A DNA stretch of 64,000 bases, taken from contig JABWCG010000002.1 of assembly GCA_013359225.1 (NCBI GenBank), positions 49,470 to 113,469 of the forward strand. The letters run 5' to 3'. A program made the translations under genes and the position numbers. This DNA comes from Candidatus Buchananbacteria bacterium (lineage in GTDB: Bacteria > Patescibacteriota > Patescibacteriia > Buchananbacterales > UBA6539). Within the stretch, counting starts at the first letter, position 1, and each line of letters starts with the position of its first letter. The notes beneath the pieces are model-generated. The model was given only the letters and a program-made list of their open reading frames with translations, had not been told where the DNA came from and did not search any database. Below are positions 48,011 to 56,858 of the stretch, one piece after another.

Positions 48011-48919
48011 ATGACCAACATAGCGCATGGAGGAAAGAAGTGGCTAACTTTGGTGGCCCTGGCTATCATAGCCACACCACTTTTAGCTGCCTGCACTCCT
48101 CAAACACCATCAGCCAATAATGGGCAGAAGCAAACTCAAGAGGCTCAGCTTGACACTACGCAAGAATCAGAAGCTGATACTAACCAGCAGCCTGCTGATA
48201 TTACTGAATCGGATCAACAAGCAGATGAAAGCTTTTTAGTCATCCGAGTAATTGACGGCGACACGGTTGAGTTGGAGGACGGTTCACGCGTCAGATATAT
48301 CGGCATCGATACTCCTGAGACCGTGGACCCTTCAAAACCAGTCCAGTGTTTTGGCAAAGAAGCCTCTCAAAAGAATACTGAGTTAGTTTTGAACAAGCAA
48401 GTCAGGTTAGAAAAAGATATCAGTGACAAAGACCGCTACGGCCGGTTGCTACGGTATGTTTATGTTGGTGACACTTTTGTAAACCTGGAATTAGTTAAGC
48501 AAGGCTTTGCCAGTTCATACTCATACCCACCAGATGTTAAATACCAAGACCAGATCGTAGCAGCGCAAACTGAAGCCAGAGAGCAGAAACGAGGTCTATG
48601 GTCAGCCTGCAATACCGGATCAACTAACAACGCAGCACCCCAACTAAACAGTGGTTCGACAAACACCAACACGAATACAGTCACGCCACAACCAACCCCA
48701 ACTACGCCGACCCCGGCTCCGCAAGAACCAGCTACGACACCAACTCAGCAATGTAATATTAAAGGCAACATTAGCGCTGCCGGTGAAAAAATTTATCACG
48801 TGCCAGGTTGTGGTAGCTACAACCAAACTAAAATTGACGAAAGCCAAGGAGAGAAATGGTTTTGTAGCGAAGCCGAGGCAGTAGCTGCTGGCTGGAGGAA
48901 GGCTAAAAACTGTCCTTGA
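48011..48919 (+). CDS. secreted thermonuclease (staphylococcal-nuclease fold) lipoprotein with Thr/Pro linker and extra C-terminal domain
   Basis: Lipobox LLAAC (start at ATG 48011), SNase motifs VIRVIDGDTVEL, RYIGIDTPE and DRYGRLLRYVYV, linker TPQPTPTTPTPAPQEPATTPT, C-terminal HVPGCGSYNQTKIDESQGEKWFCSEAEAVAAGWRKA. Confidence 0.75.
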   Translation: MTNIAHGGKKWLTLVALAIIATPLLAACTPQTPSANNGQKQTQEAQLDTTQESEADTNQQPADITESDQQADESFLVIRVIDGDTVELEDGSRVRYIGIDTPETVDPSKPVQCFGKEASQKNTELVLNKQVRLEKDISDKDRYGRLLRYVYVGDTFVNLELVKQGFASSYSYPPDVKYQDQIVAAQTEAREQKRGLWSACNTGSTNNAAPQLNSGSTNTNTNTVTPQPTPTTPTPAPQEPATTPTQQCNIKGNISAAGEKIYHVPGCGSYNQTKIDESQGEKWFCSEAEAVAAGWRKAKNCP

Positions 48920-49018
48920 TTATACCCCCTTACCTTAGATGGAAATTTTATCTGGGCCCGCTACAATCTGTTGCGGGCTTAAATAATAAAGTAAAAAATG
49001 TTATAATTACATCAAATA

Positions 49019-50194
49019 ATGTCTACACGATTACTAACAAAAATTGAATTAAAGGAGGATCTGGCAAAGGTTCTTCTTAAGCAAGGATACCGAGTTAAAA
49101 ATAGTGTTTTGCAGTTGAGGAAAGATGACCGAGAATCCAAACGTCAAGCTCATTTGCTTGCCAAAGCTGAACGAATTATAGCTCAGGAGAATTTCATTTT
49201 AAAAAACATATCACTCATTGAAAAATCTTTGATTAATGGTTGTGACTTGGATGTGAGTAAAATTAAGCCAAAATTGATCTTGGTGGAACCTCGCAGTGAG
49301 TGGGAAAAAATTTTCCGATGGTGGAGCCTTGTCTGGTGGAGCCTGCCAAATGAAAGGTCTTATGGAAGACAAATGAGATTTATAGTTTGGGACTCATACC
49401 ATAAAGCACCTATAGGTTTAATCGGTTTGCAAAGCCCTATTTTAAGTTGGTCGGTTAGAGATTCGTTTTTAAAAATCAAACCGGAAAAAAGAGATTACTG
49501 GGTAAACCAATCTTTAAGTGCACAGCGGTTGGGAGCGTTGCCCCCATACAATGATGTTTTGGGAGGCAAACTTGTTGCTTCTCTGCTTACGTCAAATGTG
49601 GTACGCAATGAATTCGAAAGAAAATATCGCAACGCTAAAACTGTAATGAAGAACCGTAAGATTCCACCAAGATTGTTATTTATAACAACTACAGGGGCTT
49701 ATGGAAAAAGTAGCATTTATTCTCGGCTCAAATTTGGTGGTCGTGAAATTGTAAAATTTATTGGGTATAGTCACGGAGTTGGCTCTTTTCACATCCCAAA
49801 TTATCTTTATGATAATTTAATAAAATATTTAGCCTCTAAAGACATCGACACCTCAAGGGGCTACGGTTCAGGTCCATCACGTAAATTACGTTTGATTGAC
49901 CAGTCAATGTCACTATTAGGATTTAAACATGGTACCAAACATGACATTAAAAGAGGTGTTTATATTTTTGAACTCACAACCAACTTGGAGGCTGTTATAA
50001 GTAAAGGCGAAAAACCAAAGTGGGTACACAGGTCAGTCAAGGCGCTGAGTAAATACTGGATGGATCGGTGGGGTATCCCTCGTAGTCAACGCGACAATAC
50101 TTACCTTAATTTTAATAAGGACAAATTTATCACCCAAACCATTAAAGAGTTAGAGGGATTTAAAAAATCATATAAAAATATCCGCAATGCCTGA
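49019..50194 (+). CDS. unrecognised basic protein, first gene of the NurA/HerA cassette
   Basis: 391 aa, no TM, Lys/Arg/Trp-rich, no motif I can assign; stop overlaps the NurA-like start by 8 nt (ATGCCTGA). Confidence 0.55.
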   Translation: MSTRLLTKIELKEDLAKVLLKQGYRVKNSVLQLRKDDRESKRQAHLLAKAERIIAQENFILKNISLIEKSLINGCDLDVSKIKPKLILVEPRSEWEKIFRWWSLVWWSLPNERSYGRQMRFIVWDSYHKAPIGLIGLQSPILSWSVRDSFLKIKPEKRDYWVNQSLSAQRLGALPPYNDVLGGKLVASLLTSNVVRNEFERKYRNAKTVMKNRKIPPRLLFITTTGAYGKSSIYSRLKFGGREIVKFIGYSHGVGSFHIPNYLYDNLIKYLASKDIDTSRGYGSGPSRKLRLIDQSMSLLGFKHGTKHDIKRGVYIFELTTNLEAVISKGEKPKWVHRSVKALSKYWMDRWGIPRSQRDNTYLNFNKDKFITQTIKELEGFKKSYKNIRNA

Positions 50195-51392
50195 TTCAAG
50201 CCAGGGACAATCGCAGGTTTATAGACACTTACCCGAAGAATTACTTGGAGATATTCTTGAACATGTTCCTCAAACTGTAGAAAAAATGAATAAAATGTTT
50301 GATATTCAGGACGAACCGATTAAACAAGGCATAGAAACATTAAAACAAAAAAACATGATCACGAGTCTCTCTGGTAATGTTTTTTCAACCTCATTAATTG
50401 CAGTAGACGGTGGAATGGTACTTGAAAAAATGTCAGGTACAGACATTTTGTTGGCCGTTGCAGTAGGAGTTGAGGGTTTGACTGAAGATAAGGGAAGCGG
50501 TTGGGAAAAGGGAAAAAATCAGTTTGTCCAGTGGCAGACTGTTCTTCCACACGACGGAGCGAATGCTCGACTTGCCCAAGGAGTTATGTTTTTGATGGAA
50601 ATGACCGTCCTTTCAAATGATTCACATGAAATACGTATTATGGATGGGACCCACTTTACTCCAATATTGAAAGTTAATAGTTTGCTATCTTCTAACGAAG
50701 AAAAGGCTGGGGCTGAATACAAGCAAGCACTAAAAGATTTTTTAAAGGAAACATATAATAAAATAATTCCTGATATACCTAACATTATTTCATCCGCTTT
50801 AACTGACGATAAGATAGTAGCCATTGCAAAGTACAGTTCCTCAAGGGATATCTTGGATGCCTACTTGAAAGATAAAAATATAAGCCTGGATGACAAAACT
50901 TTTTTTACTCTTGGGCTCTCGGAGAATGAGTATACAAAACCTTTGTCAGTTGGCCAAAGCAAGGAAGAGCGTGGAAAAGTCTGGAACGACTTGCACATAA
51001 AATGTAATTTAAAATTTAGTGATGTTAATGATAATGAGTTAGATACTTTATTTAAAAAAATTATCAAGCCTATCAGAACTCAGGAATTCCCTCATAAAGA
51101 CTCTTCATTATTTTTTACTTATTTTAAACCGTTTAACCAAGGTCCTGCCTACAGAATAGAGATAAAAAAATCTCTTGCGGATGATATCAATAGATTGGAA
51201 AAAGTTCTATTGAGTATTAAAAAGCAAATTGTATTTCCAGAAATTCGAGAACCTTTTCCTCAATACTTAGTTGATCTTATGGCTAAAAGTGTTGCTGGGG
51301 GGTTATTTGCTATTCAAGAGGCCATTAGGTTATCGCCGGAGCTTAATATTGATAAAGGCAAATTCGATTTACTTTTTCCATATAGAACATAA
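50187..51392 (+). CDS. NurA-like nuclease (RNase-H-like fold, 5'-3' exo/endonuclease partner of HerA)
   Basis: SLIAVDGGMVLEK (NurA motif I, catalytic Asp) and IMDGTH further downstream, about 400 aa, immediately upstream of a HerA-type ATPase. Confidence 0.5.
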   Translation: MPDSSQGQSQVYRHLPEELLGDILEHVPQTVEKMNKMFDIQDEPIKQGIETLKQKNMITSLSGNVFSTSLIAVDGGMVLEKMSGTDILLAVAVGVEGLTEDKGSGWEKGKNQFVQWQTVLPHDGANARLAQGVMFLMEMTVLSNDSHEIRIMDGTHFTPILKVNSLLSSNEEKAGAEYKQALKDFLKETYNKIIPDIPNIISSALTDDKIVAIAKYSSSRDILDAYLKDKNISLDDKTFFTLGLSENEYTKPLSVGQSKEERGKVWNDLHIKCNLKFSDVNDNELDTLFKKIIKPIRTQEFPHKDSSLFFTYFKPFNQGPAYRIEIKKSLADDINRLEKVLLSIKKQIVFPEIREPFPQYLVDLMAKSVAGGLFAIQEAIRLSPELNIDKGKFDLLFPYRT

Positions 51393-51411
51393 TTATTAAA
51401 TTAGACTCAAA

Positions 51412-53301
51412 ATGACAGAATCAAAGAAAATTTCAGAAGAATTACTTAAAGTCCTAAATGACCAGTCGCGCGCAATCGTTGGTATCACCGGATCACCGAG
51501 TAATACCTTGGATATAGAAATAGACATAACTGAAACAAGTAAATCAGACCGTGTTTTGGGGCAGATGGTTTATGTTGTTGTTGAGGAAGACAATAGGAAA
51601 GTCTTGGTAATTGGACAAATTATTAAGATTGAAACAAAAAACAGATGGCATGAAGACATGGCCTTTAAGGGAGTTATAAAAAGACATGGGAAGTTGCCTC
51701 ATCTGAGTGGAGCTGCCGACAATAGACTGGCTAAAATCAGCGTCCAGGCATGTTATGATTTAGGCGGTTCAGAGCCAAGAACGCACATCCTTGGAACCTC
51801 TCCTTCAACTGGTGAAAAAGTGCAGAAGATGGATAATGAAGTTATGAAAAAATTGATGGAAAACCATGGCGAATCAGTCACTTATATTGGTAAAGTCTAC
51901 GGTACAGATGTTAACCTGCCATTCTGGTTTAAACATTTTGACAAAACTCTTAGCGGAGAGTTAGGAGCAAAGGACGCTTATCATATTGGAATTTTTGGAA
52001 AGACCGGGTCAGGCAAAACTGTCACCGCTGCAATGGCTTTATTGGGGTATGCTAAGAATAAAAATAACATGAATATACTGGTTTTGGACCCACAGGGACA
52101 GTTTTATGTTGACAACGAACTATTACCTAACGACAAAAAACTTGAACAAGCCGTCGGTGATATTGGGATGAAATACAAAAAGTTTAAAATTTTGGAAGAT
52201 TTATATTTACCAGGCAATGCCTTTGACTTATTTGGTAATCTTTTATTAAAGAGTGGTTTTGTGAGTAAGTCATTCAATATCCTTAGTGACAGGGAGGTGA
52301 ATGCAGCTGACGCAATCTCAGAATATTTAGAATCGTATAATAAAAAAAGTAAGGGTAAGTCGGCAAACTTAACAAAATTATCAGACGAGGGTTATAGCCT
52401 TGATTTAATGAAAAAAACACTTCAGAAATTTACTGAGGTTACAGAAGATGCAAGTGGTAAAAAAAGTTATAGCCGGTATTTGGATATGATATACTCCGAT
52501 GGTCGAAGAAAAGATCAAGTTATTGGAAAATTAAATTCCGTCTTAAGTAATGAAACTTATATTAAAAATTTATTTGACAGACGCTGGAGCCCTGTAGCTA
52601 AGTTATTTGCACAGGTTAAAAATGATGGGACTAATAAGATTACTGTAAATGAGATAATAGATTTAGTTTCATCTGAAACCGACAAAGGAAATTTTGTAGT
52701 CCTTGATATGAGCGAGAGGGGTGGTTCAGAAATCAGTGAGAACTTACAAGCATTGTTTGTGAAGATGGTTCAAGAGGGTCTAATGGAAAAGGGGGAAGAC
52801 TTCTACACCAAAGATAAAAAAGTGAATTGTCTTGTAGTTATGGATGAAGCTCATCGTTTCATTTCTCATGCGTCATCGGACCTCCAGATAGTCGAATTAA
52901 CCAAAGATATTATTGATGCTGTTAGAACCACCCGCAAGTTTGGCATTGGCTATATGTTTATAACGCAGACCATAGAGTCTCTTGATGAGGAAATCTTGAG
53001 ACAAATGCGAATCTTTGGTTTTGGCTATGGACTTACATCTGGATCAGAACTTAGAACGGTTGGCGAAATTATTAACAACCCATCAGCCATTCAGCTATAT
53101 CGCTCTTTTATTGACCCCAGTAGTAACGGTAAGTTCCCATTTATGTTTTTTGGCCCAATTTCGCCACTTTCATTTACTGGGTCGCCATTGTTTTTAGAAG
53201 TTTTTACTGACTATGGTATGTTTGAGACCGTAAATGGTGTCACATCTAATACAGACGCTGGAGGTAAGCCCGAGGAATCAAAAAATGTTGAAAGTAGTTG
53301 A
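51412..53301 (+). CDS. HerA-like (DUF87) FtsK/HerA-superfamily ATPase
   Basis: N-terminal HAS-barrel-like segment (VGITGSP...GQMVYVVVEEDNRKVLVIGQI), Walker A GIFGKTGSGKT, Walker B LVVMDEAHRF, no TM helices (argues against a VirD4/TraG coupling protein). Confidence 0.65.
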   Translation: MTESKKISEELLKVLNDQSRAIVGITGSPSNTLDIEIDITETSKSDRVLGQMVYVVVEEDNRKVLVIGQIIKIETKNRWHEDMAFKGVIKRHGKLPHLSGAADNRLAKISVQACYDLGGSEPRTHILGTSPSTGEKVQKMDNEVMKKLMENHGESVTYIGKVYGTDVNLPFWFKHFDKTLSGELGAKDAYHIGIFGKTGSGKTVTAAMALLGYAKNKNNMNILVLDPQGQFYVDNELLPNDKKLEQAVGDIGMKYKKFKILEDLYLPGNAFDLFGNLLLKSGFVSKSFNILSDREVNAADAISEYLESYNKKSKGKSANLTKLSDEGYSLDLMKKTLQKFTEVTEDASGKKSYSRYLDMIYSDGRRKDQVIGKLNSVLSNETYIKNLFDRRWSPVAKLFAQVKNDGTNKITVNEIIDLVSSETDKGNFVVLDMSERGGSEISENLQALFVKMVQEGLMEKGEDFYTKDKKVNCLVVMDEAHRFISHASSDLQIVELTKDIIDAVRTTRKFGIGYMFITQTIESLDEEILRQMRIFGFGYGLTSGSELRTVGEIINNPSAIQLYRSFIDPSSNGKFPFMFFGPISPLSFTGSPLFLEVFTDYGMFETVNGVTSNTDAGGKPEESKNVESS

Positions 53302-53939
53302 CAGAGATAAGGCAGTTGATATAATTAAGTTATTACAATTCAAAACGCAGGTAGGAAGTATGTTACTGGGTCATTTTGACCCGGTGGGACGGACACAAAA
53401 AATCCGCACTACTCAGGACTAAAAACTTGAGCACAGCTTCTATACGCAGACGGTTGTTTACTGGGCGTACTGACCATTTGTAACATTTAGGTCAGCCTAT
53501 CGGCGGGTCTTGTGTCTTGAAAAAGCAAGATTGAGCTTAGGAGCCTCCAAATTTTTTCACGAATTAACTATTCGTCCAAAAATTTGGGGGCTTTTTGTAT
53601 TTCACCAGCTACATTCCGTCCCGAGTTGGACAGGTGCACGTAGCTGGGTACCTGTTCAGCCCGGGGCGGATTTTGCTTAATAGAGCAAATCAGCAGGCTG
53701 AAGGGATAATTTAATCAGGCTTAGGAAGGTGCTATAACCAAGATGAATATTAGAGAGGAAAATCTACAACGCTTCATCGACCTCTACGAGAGGAAATATG
53801 CTGTCCGCTTAGGCAGGCAGGAGGCTTATAATATGTTTTTAAAGCTGATAAATCTGGTAAAAATAGCCAATTTTGATGCTCACAGCCAGCAATTTACTGA
53901 CCACACTTAATGTAGTATCGTTGTGGTTGGGAGAAAAAT

Positions 53940-55601
53940 ATGCAAAATCAAGAGGAAAAATTAATCTATGTCTCCTACAGGAGAAAATCAAGCGAGTCTG
54001 AAGATCGGCAGACTTTAAGCCTGGATTCCCAAAAAAAGGAGCTTAGTGCTTTTGCCGACAAATATGGGCTAAGGGTTAAATTTGATTTTGCAGAATCTCA
54101 GTCAGCCTATAGTCGTGGCCGCCCGAAATTTTTAGAAATGGTTGAGTTAATTGAATCAGGTCAGGCTAATGCCATATTGGTTTATCATATTTCCAGATTG
54201 GCGAGGAATATGACAGACGGTGGTTTGATTATTGATATGCTAAAGGACGGAGTTATTAAAGAAATAAGAACACCGCACGAACAATATACAAAAGATTCCG
54301 GCCAGGAATTTATATTAGCCCTTAATTTTGCCATGTCAAAGAAGAGCTCTGACGATACCTCAGAGTTTGTTAAAAGAGACATTGAAGCAAAATTACGAAA
54401 GGGAGAATGGCCCGGCATGGCGCCGACAGGCTATTTGAATCTTGATAGTAATGGAAAAATAGCTGGCAAAAATTATAGTTTAGAAAAACAAATTGCATTG
54501 AGCAAAATTAAAAGACCATTGAGACGGATAGAGCATGATCCATTTTTAGCACAACTAATTTCGAAATTATTTGAGAAATCAGCGACCAACCAATACATAC
54601 TGGATGAACTGGCTGAAATGGCTATGGAGTGGGGTATTATTGGCAACAGAAGCGGCAAAAAGCTCAGCGAATCATCAGTTTATCGTATTTTAACCAACCC
54701 TTTCTATTACGGGGCTATTCGTTGGAAAGAGACTATTATTGAACCAGAGGATTTGCCAGCACAAAGCCGCCATGAAGCAATTATCAGTCGGGAGTTATTT
54801 AACAGAGTTCAGGAAGTCCTGGGTTTAAGGACAAAATACGTCAGTCCCAAACGATGTTATAAATATTCTAATATTATGACTTGTGGTATCTGCGGCGGCC
54901 ACATGTCAGGGATTACCGCCAAGGATATTACCTACTATCGTTGTTGTAAGTGCAGAGGCGTCGCTTATGTGAAAGAGGGTGAGCTTGAAAAACAGATAGT
55001 GGCTTTTTTAGAAACTATGACCATAGACGAAGATTTTTATAAGCTGGCAATCGAGGAAATAAATCATGCTAATGAGAACGAAATCAAAACCAGAGATGCA
55101 ATCAAGGACCAGCAGGATCGGGAGCTAAAACATTGTCAGATCAGATTTGATAATTTACTAAGGCTTAAAATTTCACCTGAAAATAAAAACGGAGAACTTT
55201 TAAGTGAGGCTGATTTTGTCAGACAGAAAAAGATCATTGACGAAGAGATGTCATCTATCAAGGAAAGGATTGGTGACACAGACAGGCAAAGTCAGAATTG
55301 GTTTGATTTGTGTGTAGAATACTTTGATTTTACAACCAGGCTGGTTAATAAGTTTAGAGAAGCCGGTCCGGAGAAACGTCGGGAGATATTTGAATTTTGT
55401 TACTATAACCCGCAAATAAACGCGCAAATACTAACGAATAGCGCGAATAACCCGCATAAGTTTATCATTCAGGCAAATTCCATAAACAGCGCCACTATAA
55501 CCGCAAATAATGACTTAAGTAAAACAAAAACAGCAGCCAATATGGCTTCTGTTTCCGAATGGCGGGAGCGAAGGGGCTCGAACCCTCGACCTTCTGCGTG
55601 A
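53940..55601 (+). CDS. large serine recombinase (integrase)
   Basis: N-terminal resolvase catalytic domain (YVSYRRKSSESEDRQTLSLDSQ...ILVYHISRLAR), recombinase domain, zinc ribbon (CGICGGHM...YYRCCKCRG), coiled-coil; 3' end overlaps the tRNA-Asp gene. Confidence 0.85.
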   Translation: MQNQEEKLIYVSYRRKSSESEDRQTLSLDSQKKELSAFADKYGLRVKFDFAESQSAYSRGRPKFLEMVELIESGQANAILVYHISRLARNMTDGGLIIDMLKDGVIKEIRTPHEQYTKDSGQEFILALNFAMSKKSSDDTSEFVKRDIEAKLRKGEWPGMAPTGYLNLDSNGKIAGKNYSLEKQIALSKIKRPLRRIEHDPFLAQLISKLFEKSATNQYILDELAEMAMEWGIIGNRSGKKLSESSVYRILTNPFYYGAIRWKETIIEPEDLPAQSRHEAIISRELFNRVQEVLGLRTKYVSPKRCYKYSNIMTCGICGGHMSGITAKDITYYRCCKCRGVAYVKEGELEKQIVAFLETMTIDEDFYKLAIEEINHANENEIKTRDAIKDQQDRELKHCQIRFDNLLRLKISPENKNGELLSEADFVRQKKIIDEEMSSIKERIGDTDRQSQNWFDLCVEYFDFTTRLVNKFREAGPEKRREIFEFCYYNPQINAQILTNSANNPHKFIIQANSINSATITANNDLSKTKTAANMASVSEWRERRGSNPRPSA

Positions 55602-55636
55602 CAGGCAGACGCTCTAACCAACTGAGCTACGCCCCC
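55560..55636 (-). tRNA. tRNA-Asp (anticodon GUC), CCA encoded
   Basis: The reverse complement folds as a canonical cloverleaf: acceptor GGGGGCG/CGCUCCC, D-arm GCUC-AGUUGGUUA-GAGC, anticodon arm UCUGC-CUGUCAC-GCAGA, T-arm GAGGG-UUCGAGC-CCCUU, 3' GCCA. Confidence 0.85.
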
Positions 55637-55667
55637 GTGAATGGGTCCGCATAGGACCCATTATACA

Positions 55668-56015
55668 TTATTTTTTGATTTGTTCAACAATTTTGGCAAA
55701 AGCCTTTGGTTGCTTTTCGGCCAGCTGTGACAACGCCTTGCGGTCAGCTTCGATCTTGTTGTCTTTCAACAGTTTGATGAATTTAGAATAGGTCAAACCG
55801 TTGGCGCGACAAGCGGCGTTGATGCGGATCGTCCAGGTTGAGCGATTATCTCGCTTTTTCTTGCGGCGGTCGCGCAGCGCGTGGGTGCCGGCTTTATTCA
55901 CGGCCGTTTTGGCGGCGCGAATAGTATTGCGGCGGCTCCAGCGATAACCCTTTGTCTTTTTCAACAGTCGTTTTCGTCTGGCAGCGTGGCTTGTGCCTCT
56001 TTTAACTCTCGGCAT
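55668..56015 (-). CDS. rplT: 50S ribosomal protein L20
   Basis: MPRVKRGTSHAARRKRLLKKTKGY... is canonical L20. Confidence 0.95.
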   Translation of the reverse strand: MPRVKRGTSHAARRKRLLKKTKGYRWSRRNTIRAAKTAVNKAGTHALRDRRKKKRDNRSTWTIRINAACRANGLTYSKFIKLLKDNKIEADRKALSQLAEKQPKAFAKIVEQIKK

Positions 56016-56032
56016 ACGTGTAACTTAATTTG

Positions 56033-56233
56033 TTATGAGTAGGGAATTAACCGTTTGATGTTTTTGACATCAGACTTCGACAGGTCTTGTGAACGACGCT
56101 TGCGTCGTGAAACTTTACCGGTTTCTCGAGCATTAAAATGATCTTGCCCGGCATGCTTGGTCAAAAACTTCTTTTTTTTGCCTTTAGTTACTTTAACTTT
56201 TTTGGCAGTTGATTTGTGGGTTTTTAATTTCAT
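56033..56233 (-). CDS. rpmI: 50S ribosomal protein L35
   Basis: MKLKTHKSTAKKVKVTKGKKKKFLTKHAG... Confidence 0.9.
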   Translation of the reverse strand: MKLKTHKSTAKKVKVTKGKKKKFLTKHAGQDHFNARETGKVSRRKRRSQDLSKSDVKNIKRLIPYS

Positions 56234-56284
56234 AATGTGGTGTGAAAATTAAAAAACAGCTTTTTGCTGCTGAGTGCAGATTAA

Positions 56285-56836
56285 TTATTTTTTAGCGATG
56301 ACGACTTGCAGCTTGCTGCCCAGACGATTTAACGGCTGTTCAATGACAACAGGAACTGCTTCACCGACTTTTTGGATAAACTTATCAATTATCTCTTTAG
56401 CCAAATCTTGATGCTGTCGCTCTCGTCCCTTAAGCAAGATTTCAAGCTTAACTTTATCTTCATTGGTCAAAAATTTTTGGGCTTGTTTGATTCGCACATC
56501 CGTGTCGTGCTCGGAAATCCGTAACGATAGGCGAATACCTTTGGTTTCAACCTTTTTCTGTTTGGCTTTTTCTTTGCGGCGTTCTTTTTCTTCCTGGTAT
56601 TTTAGTTTACTATAATTCAATATTTTTGCAACCGGTGGGTTGGCCAGCGGGGATACTTCAACCAAATCAAGTCCGAGGTCTCGCGCCATTTCCAGTGCCT
56701 TGGCGGTGGTGACGATTCCAATGTTTTCGCCATTCTCGTCAATCAGCCGAACCTGTTCGGAACGAATATATTGATTGGTCCGATGACGCTTGTTCTGGAC
56801 CTGATTATATCTAGGTTTTTTTCGGGAAATTCTCAA
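56285..56836 (-). CDS. infC: translation initiation factor IF-3
   Basis: IRSEQVRLIDENGENIGIVTTAKALEMARDLGLDLVEVSP and C-terminal domain; non-ATG (TTG) start, consistent with infC autoregulated unusual start codons. Confidence 0.85.
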   Translation of the reverse strand: MRISRKKPRYNQVQNKRHRTNQYIRSEQVRLIDENGENIGIVTTAKALEMARDLGLDLVEVSPLANPPVAKILNYSKLKYQEEKERRKEKAKQKKVETKGIRLSLRISEHDTDVRIKQAQKFLTNEDKVKLEILLKGRERQHQDLAKEIIDKFIQKVGEAVPVVIEQPLNRLGSKLQVVIAKK

Positions 56837-56858
56837 TTCTGTTTAGTTTAATAATAAA

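Larger units (their letters stand above)
47394..55557. mobile_element. putative integrated island (about 8.2 kb) at the 3' end of tRNA-Asp, with a large serine recombinase and a NurA/HerA cargo cassette
   Basis: Serine recombinase gene abuts and overlaps the tRNA-Asp 3' end; a 10-bp direct repeat AATGGCGGGA occurs at 47384-47393 and 55558-55567 (the latter is the tRNA 3' terminus); cargo genes are AT-richer than flanking core genes. Confidence 0.45.
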
